Shown: positions 37,289 to 46,269 of the stretch, piece after piece
Layout: each line of letters opens with the position of its first letter
Numbering within the stretch: the first letter of the stretch is position 1
Origin: a virus
DNA length: 48,589 bases
IMG/VR virus record: IMGVR_UViG_3300027987_000509
Reading direction: 5' to 3' (one strand)
Position numbers and translations under genes: made by a program
The notes under the pieces: generated by a model
The model's input: only the letters and a program-made list of their open reading frames with translations
Database searches by the model: none
What the model was told of the DNA's origin: nothing

Positions 37289-38000
37289 CGGCCAAGGTGC
37301 CGATCAGCTTTATTACTGCGACGTTTGCAGTAACTGCGAGATCGACTCTGGATCACATACTCCAGAGTATATGGCGATCTACGAGATTCCAGATTTCGTA
37401 GCTGGCGTCGATTGCAGTATGCACCTTTGCGGCTCTTGTTTGAGGGACTATTACAAAGTGGACGATATCGTACTCGCGTTCTACCCTGAATTGGCCGAAG
37501 TCCTCAATCAAGACCCGGACTTGGCGGCCACTGCACGTTCTGTTGAACTTCCGTTCGACGAACTGCAGTCGGTTGTGGTGATTCGTGAGTACGAAGACTA
37601 CTCGAAGATTCCTGAACAGGATATTCTGCCGCAAAAGGGAGAGGGCAGCGGACTAACCAAGCCGCGTGTGAAAGTGGTGACGATCCAAGGGCGAATCGAT
37701 GAGAGGAAGCCAGAGTCAATCATCTTCGAAATCCACGCTGGCTTCGCTCCGCTTACTGAGTCGCCACCGTCGATGTCTAGAATGCGACCTCGGGTCCACA
37801 TGAAGGGAGCAAAGTGGATCGCTCTCGAGAATTACGCCAGGACTGCCGGAGTTCGGGCGGTGTTCGAGTACAATCTATATGATGTTGCCGGGTTTGAGTT
37901 TCTCTGCGAGTGGGCGAAGGCTCAAGCGAAGGAGTGGCTTTGTAAGTGGCATCTGGATATGATCAAAAAGGCGGGTCTGATCGACCTGACCCGTATTTAA
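37272..38000 (+). CDS. hypothetical protein with N-terminal Zn finger
   Basis: CDVC...HLCGSC. Confidence 0.65.
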   Translation: MFKEVSGQGADQLYYCDVCSNCEIDSGSHTPEYMAIYEIPDFVAGVDCSMHLCGSCLRDYYKVDDIVLAFYPELAEVLNQDPDLAATARSVELPFDELQSVVVIREYEDYSKIPEQDILPQKGEGSGLTKPRVKVVTIQGRIDERKPESIIFEIHAGFAPLTESPPSMSRMRPRVHMKGAKWIALENYARTAGVRAVFEYNLYDVAGFEFLCEWAKAQAKEWLCKWHLDMIKKAGLIDLTRI

Positions 38001-38078
38001 CCAGTATGCCAGCCCTGCAACACCCATCTATCACGACGCGAGGCGTCACACCAAACCACTAGCCTTTGGAGGCCAATC

Positions 38079-38696
38079 ATGAGTTGGGCTGATCGCTACA
38101 AAGAAGAGAAGATTGTCGTCCAGCAGGCAGGCAATCACAACAAGTTCTGGGCCGCGTATTGGGACGAGACGTCCGGCAACGTGTACGTCCGGTGGGGTCG
38201 CCTCGGCACGAAGGGCCAATCGCAAGTCAAGCATTTCGGCAGCAATTACGCTGCCGCGAATTTCATCGACGGCAAGTATCACGAGAAGCGTCGCAAGGGC
38301 TACCGCGACACGGATGAGGCGGGCCAGAAGATCACCCACGCTCGCTTCGACGAAATGTGCACCGAAGCCGCGATCGTCGGGACCTCGAACAAGTGCCACA
38401 AGCTGCAGTGGGTTGAGTTGACCGAGACGGGGGTCAACACCTACGAGTTCACGCCGATCAACGAGGATCGGCTCTATGCTCCCGACTGCAACCCCGGTCT
38501 GCTCGTCGAGTTGGAGACGAAGAAAGAGCACGACAACCGCAACCGGTTCAAATTGCTCTTCACCTTCGAAGAGACGTTCGACGTTCGCGATGCGAACCGG
38601 GCGGCTCCGAATCAGCTGGTCGATTCAAGCCACCCGCTCCATGACATGACGGAGAAGGTCGAAGAGGCCATCGGTCGTCGTCTGTCTGCGGCGTAA
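38079..38696 (+). CDS. WGR-domain protein
   Basis: HNKFW...VRWGRLGTKGQ...K.RKGY; GGAGG SD. Confidence 0.9.
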   Translation: MSWADRYKEEKIVVQQAGNHNKFWAAYWDETSGNVYVRWGRLGTKGQSQVKHFGSNYAAANFIDGKYHEKRRKGYRDTDEAGQKITHARFDEMCTEAAIVGTSNKCHKLQWVELTETGVNTYEFTPINEDRLYAPDCNPGLLVELETKKEHDNRNRFKLLFTFEETFDVRDANRAAPNQLVDSSHPLHDMTEKVEEAIGRRLSAA

Positions 38697-38784
38697 ACTC
38701 TGGTCATGCGAAATTGAACCTCACCAAAGGCGAGATTTAGCCGACGCCGGGCAGGATAGAAGCCTCTGAACCAGAATACGCAAA

Positions 38785-38811
38785 AGGCCGGACGGGGAAA
38801 CCCGCCCGGCC
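38785..38811. terminator. stem-loop between convergent genes
   Basis: AGGCCGGACGGG-GAAA-CCCGCCCGGCCT with a T-tract on the minus strand. Confidence 0.75.
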
Positions 38812-38839
38812 TGCTTGCGTTTACAACACTGGTTCAGAC

Positions 38840-39379
38840 TTAGGCGTCAGCCTTTGCCAGCTTGATGCCTTCTGCAACCGCCTTGGCGAGCAACACAACC
38901 ATCGCGTCGGACTGGACACCGGTCTTGGCCGCGAGGTCCGCGACTTCGTCGATGTTCCACTGACGGTCGATTGCGAGATCGCTGTGACGCACCGCCTGCT
39001 TCGACACCATGTTCGCGGTCTCAACCGCGTTTTGCAGTGCCTGCGTGGCGATGTTCTGCTTCGCATTGTCGTGCTGCTGAGCGTCGCTCAGCACCTTGTC
39101 GACGTACGAGCGGTTGCGTCGGACGGATTCCAGCGATTCACCGTTCATCGATTCGACGTGACGGCGAGCCTGTCGGAGAGTTTCGAAGCTCTCGTTCTGG
39201 TACTCATCGTACGTCCTCTTACGATTGGTGAAGTACAGGGAATCCTTCTCGAACATTTCCGAAGACCAGGCTTCATCCTTGCCGATCTCGAATTCACGTT
39301 CCACATGGCGATCCTTGCCTTGGGCAGTTGCGGCCTGATCGGTACTTGGATCACGGCCGACTTCGTCTGGAGCTGCCAT
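38840..39379 (-). CDS. hypothetical helical protein
   Basis: A/Q/N-rich helical ORF with GAGGGAG SD. Confidence 0.7.
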   Translation of the reverse strand: MAAPDEVGRDPSTDQAATAQGKDRHVEREFEIGKDEAWSSEMFEKDSLYFTNRKRTYDEYQNESFETLRQARRHVESMNGESLESVRRNRSYVDKVLSDAQQHDNAKQNIATQALQNAVETANMVSKQAVRHSDLAIDRQWNIDEVADLAAKTGVQSDAMVVLLAKAVAEGIKLAKADA

Positions 39380-39524
39380 GGAAAATCTCCCTCTGGCCAC
39401 AATGTGGCCTCTAGTGTGACAGGGAGCACCATCCTCGGTTGTTTGGGAACTCTTCCTTGAGGGATCGCCCAGCAGAGGGCATGATGAGTGGAACGAGCGA
39501 TTTGCCCCGTTCGCTTTATCTTTG

Positions 39525-40085
39525 CTAGATACGATCTAGACGTCTAAGATACGATTCCGTGACGCCCGAAACTCTCCAAAATTCGAGAGTGACCGGACTC
39601 AACACGTTGAGCTTACCAGCATTCTCTTCGAAATCATCCAAACGTTCGTCGATGCTAGAAGGGTCTGGCTCTGCCTCTCTCGGACGCTTTGGAGCTTTGA
39701 TAAACTGTTGATATTGATCAAGCACAACAGCGTACTCCCACCATGGCGAGTTGCTGTACTGCCATAACGGGCTTCGCGGGGTGTGCGGGAGCAAGATGTA
39801 TTCCCCGGTGGCCAGAAATTTCTCAACATCGGTCTCCGTCAGGTTCACTTCGTCGATTGTGTTAAAGTGTGAAATGAAGTACCGCCCAAGCTGATTGTGC
39901 TCAGGTACGTCAGGCAGCTTGCCGATCACATTGAGAGCGAAATTTTCAACCAGGATGTCCTGTGGAACAAAATCCTCGATGCGGATATCAACGAAATGAC
40001 CAAGGATCGGCCTGGTATATTCACCGTCCTTTCTGGCGAGCATCGCCACTCGTTGACTGGACCATGGGCGTTCGCAAATCAGCAT
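39525..40085 (-). CDS. hypothetical protein
   Basis: 186 aa, GAGGTGG SD. Confidence 0.65.
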   Translation of the reverse strand: MLICERPWSSQRVAMLARKDGEYTRPILGHFVDIRIEDFVPQDILVENFALNVIGKLPDVPEHNQLGRYFISHFNTIDEVNLTETDVEKFLATGEYILLPHTPRSPLWQYSNSPWWEYAVVLDQYQQFIKAPKRPREAEPDPSSIDERLDDFEENAGKLNVLSPVTLEFWRVSGVTESYLRRLDRI

Positions 40086-40124
40086 TCACCACCTCTTCTG
40101 TATTAAGTTTGGTGGGAACCAATT

Positions 40125-40790
40125 ATGGATATCGATGACCAAGTCAATATCGTGGACATGATCGCAGACGAGTTTGAAAAGCTCGTCAAGGGCATCTACG
40201 AAGACGTGCGTGTCTTATCCAGCCAACAAAACCCAACCGTCAGATGGCCCCTACGAGTATCATCAGACCTATCTGAGAAAGGATCGCGGGCCGATGCCTG
40301 CTCTGACGTGTGGGGAATCTCGGTGATTGCAAACGGCGACTGGTGCCACTCAAATCCAGAACCGACAAGCAACCGAATAGGCAGGTTATTGATCGATCAC
40401 GAACGCATTCGCGTCGGTCGCCTCGGCACTCAATACGCCATAGCTCTAGCGGAGCCACGTTTAGAACAAGAAGTGCTCACAGTCCTGCACGAAGACATCA
40501 CCTCATACCTTCTCGGGCAAGCCGAAGTCATGGAACGGAACGGCAATCTCTGTCGTACCAGCATCAGAACCAGAGACGTCGACGATTGCTATAAAGCCGT
40601 TGGACTCCTCGATTTACGTTATCTCGCACACATGTACAAGTCTGCGTATCTAGGGTGGGAATCAATTCCTGACCTAGTGGTGGTCGGCTCAGAGCGAGAC
40701 TACGGTGCTCCGCCAGTCGATCGCAGACCTTATCGACGCGAGCAAATCGAGCATGAAATGCATGATCCTGGCCGGTGGAAAGGGCACTAG
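40125..40790 (+). CDS. hypothetical protein
   Basis: 221-aa ORF. Confidence 0.6.
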   Translation: MDIDDQVNIVDMIADEFEKLVKGIYEDVRVLSSQQNPTVRWPLRVSSDLSEKGSRADACSDVWGISVIANGDWCHSNPEPTSNRIGRLLIDHERIRVGRLGTQYAIALAEPRLEQEVLTVLHEDITSYLLGQAEVMERNGNLCRTSIRTRDVDDCYKAVGLLDLRYLAHMYKSAYLGWESIPDLVVVGSERDYGAPPVDRRPYRREQIEHEMHDPGRWKGH

Positions 40791-41484
40791 ACTTGGCTCA
40801 TTAACGGTAGCTGTCAACAAGCACTTGCTGCCAGTCGGTCCAAAGCCGATGATCATGCACTCTTTCGAGTTGCTCTATCGGGCGGGCTTCAAAGACGTCC
40901 TGCTCGTCACTAACGCCGAGAATGTCGGCGACTTCATGAAGCTCATCTCGGGTCGAATCCATCCACTCGAGAAATTCAATCATCTCTACGTCACGCCACA
41001 GTTTGAACCAGCCGGAATCGCGGATGCTATCCGTTATGGCGAAGGATTCTGCCAAAGAGGACCTGTGCTGGCTTTGCTCGGAGACAATGTCTTCGAGCCA
41101 AAAGACATGGAAATGTTCCGGCAGGTCGTAGAGGGATTCCAGAAAAATCCAGTCGGGGCACATATCTGGACGATTCAAGTCGAGGACCCAAGCGACTACG
41201 GCGTTCTGATTCTTGATGAACAATACAAACCACACGGAATCGTAGAAAAGCCAAAGGAGTACGTTGGCAATCATGCAGTAGTCGGTGCTTACCTCTTTGA
41301 CGGCCGAGTGTGGGACATCATTCCGACGCTCGTTAAGTCCGACAGAGGAGAGTACGAAATTACTGAGATCATCTGGGAGTACTTAAAAGACGGTTCACTC
41401 ACTCACCATGAGCTGCTGGGTGAGTGGTACGACCTCGGTCGTTCTGTTGAATCGTATTACAAGGTCGCTTCTAGGGTCTCATGA
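40753..41484 (+). CDS. rmlA: glucose-1-phosphate thymidylyltransferase
   Basis: ILAGGKGTRL...NKHLLPV..KPMI, LGDN, YGV, EKP, RGEYEIT, W.DLG. Confidence 0.9.
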   Translation: MKCMILAGGKGTRLGSLTVAVNKHLLPVGPKPMIMHSFELLYRAGFKDVLLVTNAENVGDFMKLISGRIHPLEKFNHLYVTPQFEPAGIADAIRYGEGFCQRGPVLALLGDNVFEPKDMEMFRQVVEGFQKNPVGAHIWTIQVEDPSDYGVLILDEQYKPHGIVEKPKEYVGNHAVVGAYLFDGRVWDIIPTLVKSDRGEYEITEIIWEYLKDGSLTHHELLGEWYDLGRSVESYYKVASRVS

Positions 41485-42341
41485 TAGCAATACTAGGTGC
41501 CAGCGGATACATCGGACAAGCATTCGTAAGGTTTTTCGACAAGCACGGAATCGCCTATCGCTCAGTCTCACGCAGAGAGTGTGACTATTATTGTCCGAGC
41601 GAACTTGGATTCCTTCTCAGCTTCCTGAAGCCGAAATTCCTCATCAACTGTGCTGGTTATACTGGCAAGCCAAACGTAGACGCCTGCGAGGATCACAAGG
41701 CCGAATGTCTATCTGCCAACGTCTATTTGCCTTTGGCCATCAACGAGGCGTGCGAAAAGCACGGCATACCGTGGGGCCACGTCGCTTCCGGCTGCATCTA
41801 TCAAGGCAATAACGGTGGGGTTGGCTTCGCGGAGGATGACCCGCCGAATTTCAGCTTCCGGCAGAACAATTGCAGCTTTTACTCTGGCACCAAAGCTCTC
41901 GCTGAAGAGGCGATGAAAGATGCCAAGTGCTGGCAATGGCGTCTTCGAATCCCATTTGATGCCAATGTTCACAACAGGAACTACATCACCAAAGTCCTGA
42001 CGTACAAGACGCTTCTTGATGTGGAGAACAGCCTCTCGCATCTTGATCAGTTTGTAGAGTGCTGTTACTACTGCCTGGAGCATGATGTGCCGTTCGGCGT
42101 CTACAACATGACGAATGGAGGTAGTGTCACTACCCTTGACGTGGCGAATCTACTGAAGGAACGATTTCCGCACCAACAATTCCAGTTCTTCAAGGACGAA
42201 GACGAGTTCATGCGGCTGGCCGCCAAGGCACCGAGATCGAGTTGTGTCTTGGATAACTCTAAAGCTCTCTCTGCTGGTATCCCTCTAGATCACGTTACAG
42301 ACGCGTTGGCCGCCGCTATCCGAGACTACGGAGCGGCATGA
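41481..42341 (+). CDS. rmlD: RmlD-like NDP-sugar reductase/epimerase
   Basis: [32 protein letters not shown]. Confidence 0.8.
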   Translation: MIAILGASGYIGQAFVRFFDKHGIAYRSVSRRECDYYCPSELGFLLSFLKPKFLINCAGYTGKPNVDACEDHKAECLSANVYLPLAINEACEKHGIPWGHVASGCIYQGNNGGVGFAEDDPPNFSFRQNNCSFYSGTKALAEEAMKDAKCWQWRLRIPFDANVHNRNYITKVLTYKTLLDVENSLSHLDQFVECCYYCLEHDVPFGVYNMTNGGSVTTLDVANLLKERFPHQQFQFFKDEDEFMRLAAKAPRSSCVLDNSKALSAGIPLDHVTDALAAAIRDYGAA

Positions 42342-43351
42342 TGAAAATTCTTGTAACTGGCGGGGCTGGCTTCATTGGCGGCCATTTCGCGAAGATGTAT
42401 GCCGGTAAGCACCGGATCATCAATTATGACAAATTGACCTACGCCGCGAATCCGCTTTTCATTCCGGACCCTGACACCGACGAGCATACTTTCGTCAACG
42501 GCGATATCTGCGACAAAAAGCAGCTGATGAACACATTTTGCAGGTTCATCCCAGACTGGGTCGTCAATTTCGCTGCAGAGACTCATGTTGATCGGTCGAT
42601 CGATGGTCCGATCGATTTTGTGCAGACCAATGTGCTTGGGACGTTCCAGCTGTTGGAGGTTGCCCGTTGGTACTGGGAGACGATGCTTAACGAAGTCGGT
42701 CAACGCCGTTTCCGTTTGTTGCATGTGTCGACAGACGAGGTCTATGGCTCGCTTGGCAAGACTGGGAAGTTCACCGAGAAGACGCCGTATGCCCCGAATT
42801 CTCCGTATTCAGCGTCGAAGGCAAGTGCTGATCATTTTGTTCGTGCTTACCATCAGACATATGGTCTTCCGGTCATCACAACCAATTGCTCAAACAATTA
42901 CGGCCCTCATCAGTTCCCGGAGAAGCTGATTCCGTTGATGATTTTGAACGCTCTCAACGGAAAGGAGTTACCGGTCTACGGTGACGGTAAGCAAATCCGT
43001 GATTGGTTGTTTGTAGAGGATCACTGCCGGGCAATCGAGACTATTCTCGAGAATGGCAAGCTTGGCGAGACTTACAACATTGGCGGTGATTGCGAGATGG
43101 CCAACATCTCGATTGTGAAGCTTATCCAGGAAAAGGTTGGTGGCGGAACGATCAAGTTTGTGGAGGATCGTCCTGGTCACGATCGCCGGTATGCGATCGA
43201 TTGCACCAAGCTGAAAAAAGATCTGCTGTGGGCTCCTCTTGAGACATTCGAGTCGGGTCTTGATTACACGATCGAATGGTACAAGGAGAACAAGAGGTGG
43301 GTCGAGGAATCGACGGCTTACAGGCAGCAGAGGTTGGGGCTTAGCCGGTGA
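42338..43351 (+). CDS. rmlB: dTDP-glucose 4,6-dehydratase
   Basis: [50 protein letters not shown]. Confidence 0.95.
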   Translation: MMKILVTGGAGFIGGHFAKMYAGKHRIINYDKLTYAANPLFIPDPDTDEHTFVNGDICDKKQLMNTFCRFIPDWVVNFAAETHVDRSIDGPIDFVQTNVLGTFQLLEVARWYWETMLNEVGQRRFRLLHVSTDEVYGSLGKTGKFTEKTPYAPNSPYSASKASADHFVRAYHQTYGLPVITTNCSNNYGPHQFPEKLIPLMILNALNGKELPVYGDGKQIRDWLFVEDHCRAIETILENGKLGETYNIGGDCEMANISIVKLIQEKVGGGTIKFVEDRPGHDRRYAIDCTKLKKDLLWAPLETFESGLDYTIEWYKENKRWVEESTAYRQQRLGLSR

Positions 43352-43643
43352 TCAGGGTATCCAGGTCGTGGAGAAGGCTGTCGCCGAATGGGTTTCTGTT
43401 GCGGCCTTGCTTTTCGCGGGCCTTTTGATCGGCGTTTTTGGCTTCTCGTGCCTTGTTGGCTTGGTCCTGGGGAGAGCCTGGGTAGACTGGTTTGGGGAGA
43501 GGGTGCCGACTTTTCTTTCGCGGCGGGGGCGGCGGTTCGGGGTACCCTGGTTGCTTTTCGAACTCCAACACGATGTCGGGGTCGTCGGTGAGCATGCCAG
43601 CCACTTGGTTGACAAGGTTTTGGTCGATCGCCATTGGTGGCAT
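43341..43643 (-). CDS. hypothetical Pro/Lys-rich protein
   Basis: AAGGAG SD and AAAAATAC motif upstream. Confidence 0.65.
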   Translation of the reverse strand: MPPMAIDQNLVNQVAGMLTDDPDIVLEFEKQPGYPEPPPPPRKKSRHPLPKPVYPGSPQDQANKAREAKNADQKAREKQGRNRNPFGDSLLHDLDTLITG

Positions 43644-43675
43644 CTCCTTTGGTGGATGTATTGGTATTTTTGAAT

Positions 43676-43739
43676 GGCACTGCTTGGCTCGGTGCGGCAG
43701 GGTAAGGACGAGACCGGCACGGAATGGGGGCCGATGGCC
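43676..43739 (+). repeat. solo pentamer/hairpin unit
   Basis: GGCAC TGCTT GGCTC GGTGC GGCAG GGTAA GGACG AGACC GGCAC GGAAT GGG, then GGCC-GAT-GGCC. Confidence 0.85.
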
Positions 43740-43872
43740 GATGGGAATACCCTCGTGTGCTTTTTGCTGGGCAAACGTATTTAAGGTTGTCGAAAGAACA
43801 CGAACCTTGATTTAACGGGTTGTGTCCTTTCGGTAAGAAGCTCTTTGACAACACAATCGGTGGACTCAGGTC

Positions 43873-43999
43873 TGGAGGACTTGGTAGAAGTTCAGAGTAC
43901 GGGTTCGATTCCCGTTATCGCTACCAACTGCGATATGTGCCGAATGGTAAGGCACCACACTTTTCAATGTGGCATTACACTTTTGCCGACTTTCCTCCA
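43873..43999 (+). ncRNA. handle RNA A carrying a circularly permuted tRNA
   Basis: TGGAGGA/TCCTCCA and GGTAGAAGT/ACTTTTGCC stems enclose T arm, TATCGCT-ACCA, TGCGATA, D arm and anticodon arm, in that order. Confidence 0.75.
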
Positions 44000-44021
44000 A
44001 ACCTGATTGCACCGATTCAAT

Positions 44022-44117
44022 CGCCTGTTCGTCCAGTGGTAGGACAGAAGGGGAACGCTGCAGACTTCGGTCGCAGATATGACCCGCCAGACCTCGGTTC
44101 GATTCCGAGATGGGCGA
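44022..44117 (+). ncRNA. tRNA-like RNA with non-canonical anticodon region
   Basis: Acceptor CGCCTGT/ATGGGCG-A, D arm GTCC/GGAC, T arm CTCGG-TTCGATT-CCGAG; the middle is a UUCG-capped hairpin. Confidence 0.7.
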
Positions 44118-44119
44118 CT

Positions 44120-44240
44120 TGGAGGACTCTGGTAGCAGTTTAGAGATTTAGCTCAATTGGCAGAGCATCGGTCTATGGAACCGAGAGTTGCGGGTTCGAT
44201 TCCCGTGATCTTAACCAACACTGTTGCTGACTTTCCTCCA
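44120..44240 (+). ncRNA. handle RNA B enclosing a tRNA
   Basis: TGGAGGA/TCCTCCA and GGTAGCAGT/ACTGTTGCT stems. Confidence 0.75.
44142..44217 (+). tRNA. tRNA with ATG anticodon (His-like, atypical), inside handle B
   Basis: Cloverleaf; TCGGT-CTATGGA-ACCGA; A1:A72 mismatch; A73; encoded CCA. Confidence 0.7.
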
Positions 44241-44275
44241 TTTTTTTCAACAACGCAAAGGACGCTACAGCTACA

Positions 44276-44476
44276 ATGAGTGAAGGTACGATCAAGAAGA
44301 AAGTGGAAGACAAGGGATTCGGCTTCATCAAGCGAGGAGAGGGTCAGTCGGATCTGTTCTTCCACGCAACTGCTTGCAACGGTCAGTTCGAGCAGCTTCA
44401 AGAGGGACAAAAGGTGAAGTTCGATGAGGGTCGCGGCGAAAAGGGGCCGCGAGCAGAGAACGTTCAACTTGTTTGA
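44276..44476 (+). CDS. cspA: cold-shock protein
   Basis: RNP1 KGFGFI, RNP2 DLFFH, KGPRAENV. Confidence 0.92.
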   Translation: MSEGTIKKKVEDKGFGFIKRGEGQSDLFFHATACNGQFEQLQEGQKVKFDEGRGEKGPRAENVQLV

Positions 44477-44481
44477 TACAT

Positions 44482-44594
44482 GCGGTCCTGGCCTTCTGGC
44501 AACGGAAGGAGGACACCGGTGCTGTCACTCACCCCGGTGAGGGAAGCTCTGGTGGGCTAAAGAACAGTAGGTGAAAGTCCTGCGGACCGTGCCA
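44482..44594 (+). ncRNA. tRNA-like RNA with long D stem and extended central arm
   Basis: GCGGTCC/GGACCGT-G-CCA; CCTTCTG-GCAA-CGGAAGG; T-like arm GTAGG-TGAAAGT-CCTGC. Confidence 0.6.
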
Positions 44595-44601
44595 ATATAA
44601 T

Positions 44602-44688
44602 GGATGGGCAAGCCAATTGGTGATGGCACCCGGTTTGAACCCGGACGAGCTGTTAAAAGCCTTGGGAGTTCGACTCTCCCCCCTTCCG
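44602..44688 (+). tRNA. tRNA-Ser(TGA)
   Basis: Loop TT-TGA-AC, long variable arm, G73. Confidence 0.85.
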
Positions 44689-44691
44689 CTC

Positions 44692-44752
44692 GGTGGACTA
44701 GAGAACGATTCAGAGAACTGGTTTTTCAAAAGGTCGTTTTCGCCTTTCCGCC
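44692..44752 (+). ncRNA. handle RNA D (minimal cargo)
   Basis: GGTGGA/TCCGCC, CTA/GCCTT loop, GAGAACGAT/GTCGTTTTC, then TCAG. Confidence 0.7.
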
Positions 44753-44850
44753 ACCTTTTTTCAGGTGAGGCATGGTGCTGTTAAAAAAACAGACCTACGT
44801 GCCAAAGACCCTGTACTGAAATGCTGAAATGCTGAGTTACGAGGATAACG

Positions 44851-45045
44851 ATGGACGCTCACTTGCATGATTCCAATGGCAACCTAGTTGCAACTGTGCA
44901 AGTGCCGGTCCAGCGTGCTTACCCGCCGTTTGTCGCATACGATGGTGCTGTGTACCAGTGCCGGAACGTGGCGAGTGCGGCTGGTGACTACGACTTGGTC
45001 GGTCGCGTTCACGTTGTCGAAGTTTCTCCAACCTCTGGATCATGA
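44851..45045 (+). CDS. hypothetical protein
   Basis: 64 aa, GAGGA SD. Confidence 0.55.
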   Translation: MDAHLHDSNGNLVATVQVPVQRAYPPFVAYDGAVYQCRNVASAAGDYDLVGRVHVVEVSPTSGS

Positions 45046-45358
45046 AGGGACTACTATCATTCTGATTAAGAATGATGGGGTGCAGCGATGCTGTCAAGCC
45101 GGTAAGTTGATGAATCCGCAAGAGCGGTCGGCAACCCGGAGTTCAGACGTTGAGAGATTTTTACTGGAACCCCTCTCCTGCAACACAACAATAACCCCGA
45201 GGATTCAATGACCAGAAGCCTAACCAGGATTTCCAGGTAAGACTCTGCGAGAATTCCGAAGTTACGGGTCACATGCCGTAACACGCCGGGAAGGCCATCC
45301 GGCAGCAGGAGATAGAAAAGAAACACGAACCTCATGGCTGTGGTTTTGTGTCTTTAAT

Positions 45359-45520
45359 ATGACGGATCTTGACCGACGCATCGAACAACTGGACAGAGAA
45401 GCCGACAAGCTGATCGATCAGGGGTTGAACGAACGAGCGGCCGAGAAAACGGAAGAACGATTGAGACTGGAAGCACTGAGAAAACACGAACCTCAAGACG
45501 ACGGTTTGTGTCAAAAATAG
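45359..45520 (+). CDS. small coiled-coil hypothetical protein (53 aa)
   Basis: MTDLDRRIEQLDREADKL...; below the ORF-track length cutoff. Confidence 0.5.
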   Translation: MTDLDRRIEQLDREADKLIDQGLNERAAEKTEERLRLEALRKHEPQDDGLCQK

Positions 45521-45531
45521 AGAACACTTGA

Positions 45532-45605
45532 CGCGGAGTGGAGCAGTCCGGCAGCTCGCGAGGCTCATAACCTCGAGGTCGTGGGTTCGAATCCCATCTC
45601 CGCCA
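45532..45605 (+). tRNA. tRNA-fMet-like (CAT)
   Basis: CGCGGAG..., C1:C72 mismatch, CT-CAT-AA loop. Confidence 0.85.
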
Positions 45606-45608
45606 CTT

Positions 45609-45693
45609 GAAGGACTCTGAGAACAAGTCAGATATCTTCGGTTATCGACGCCCGCCCATCAAGCGGCGGGCACCTTGCTCTCGACTTTCCTTC
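45609..45693 (+). ncRNA. handle RNA E (two-hairpin cargo)
   Basis: GAAGGA/TCCTTC, CTCT/GACTT loop, GAGAACAAG/CTTGCTCTC, then TCAG. Confidence 0.7.
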
Positions 45694-45808
45694 TCATTTT
45701 CTACCACTACCAACGACCTCCAGAGATTGGAGGAGATCATGACTCACCGCACCACACAATTGAAACGCAAGAGGTTGAAACGCTGGTCGAGTACCAGTTG
45801 TTATTCAT

Positions 45809-45881
45809 GCCCTTGTGACGCAATTGGTAGCGTAGCTGACTTTTAATCAGCAGGTTGCAGGTTCGAGTCCTGCCGGGGGCA
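45809..45881 (+). tRNA. tRNA-Lys(TTT)
   Basis: Cloverleaf, GCTGA-CTTTTAA-TCAGC. Confidence 0.9.
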
Positions 45882-45900
45882 CTTGGCGAAAGCCATCCCC

Positions 45901-45974
45901 GGACCCTTAGCTCAGTTGGTAGTAGCAATCGGCTCTTAACCGATAGGTCCTCGGTTCGAACCCGAGAGGGTCCA
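45901..45974 (+). tRNA. tRNA-Lys(CTT)
   Basis: Cloverleaf, ATCGG-CTCTTAA-CCGAT. Confidence 0.92.
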
Positions 45975-45986
45975 CTTTGACAATTT

Positions 45987-46114
45987 GGGTCTTCTGGTCT
46001 GATAACTACGCGACCTAACCGCTCACGAAATCGACATTCTGGTGCACCAGGGTGAAGACGAGGCGGGTCGAAGCAATGGCGGTAGGGATTCGGGTTCGAT
46101 TCCCGTGAGATCCA
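45987..46114 (+). ncRNA. tRNA-like RNA with a ~55-nt insertion in the anticodon arm
   Basis: GGGTCTT/GAGATCC-A, GGTC/GACC, ACCGC/GCGGT, CGGG-TTCGATT-CCCG. Confidence 0.6.
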
Positions 46115-46269
46115 CTTGGTGTTTCAAGTCATTCAAGACGGCGAAAGCTTCCTGAGGCAGACGCCCGAGACGATCACGAGACAAGGTGTTTCAGAAGTAA
46201 AGTGAGCAGGCACGCAGGATAAGGAGATACTCCGATGCGAGACTAACAATCAACGATGCCAAGGATAAG

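Noticed and set aside
44482-44594. tRNA-Sec or SRP RNA
   Set aside because: The long D stem and G73 are Sec-like but there is no TCA anticodon loop; the SRP domain IV motif is not present
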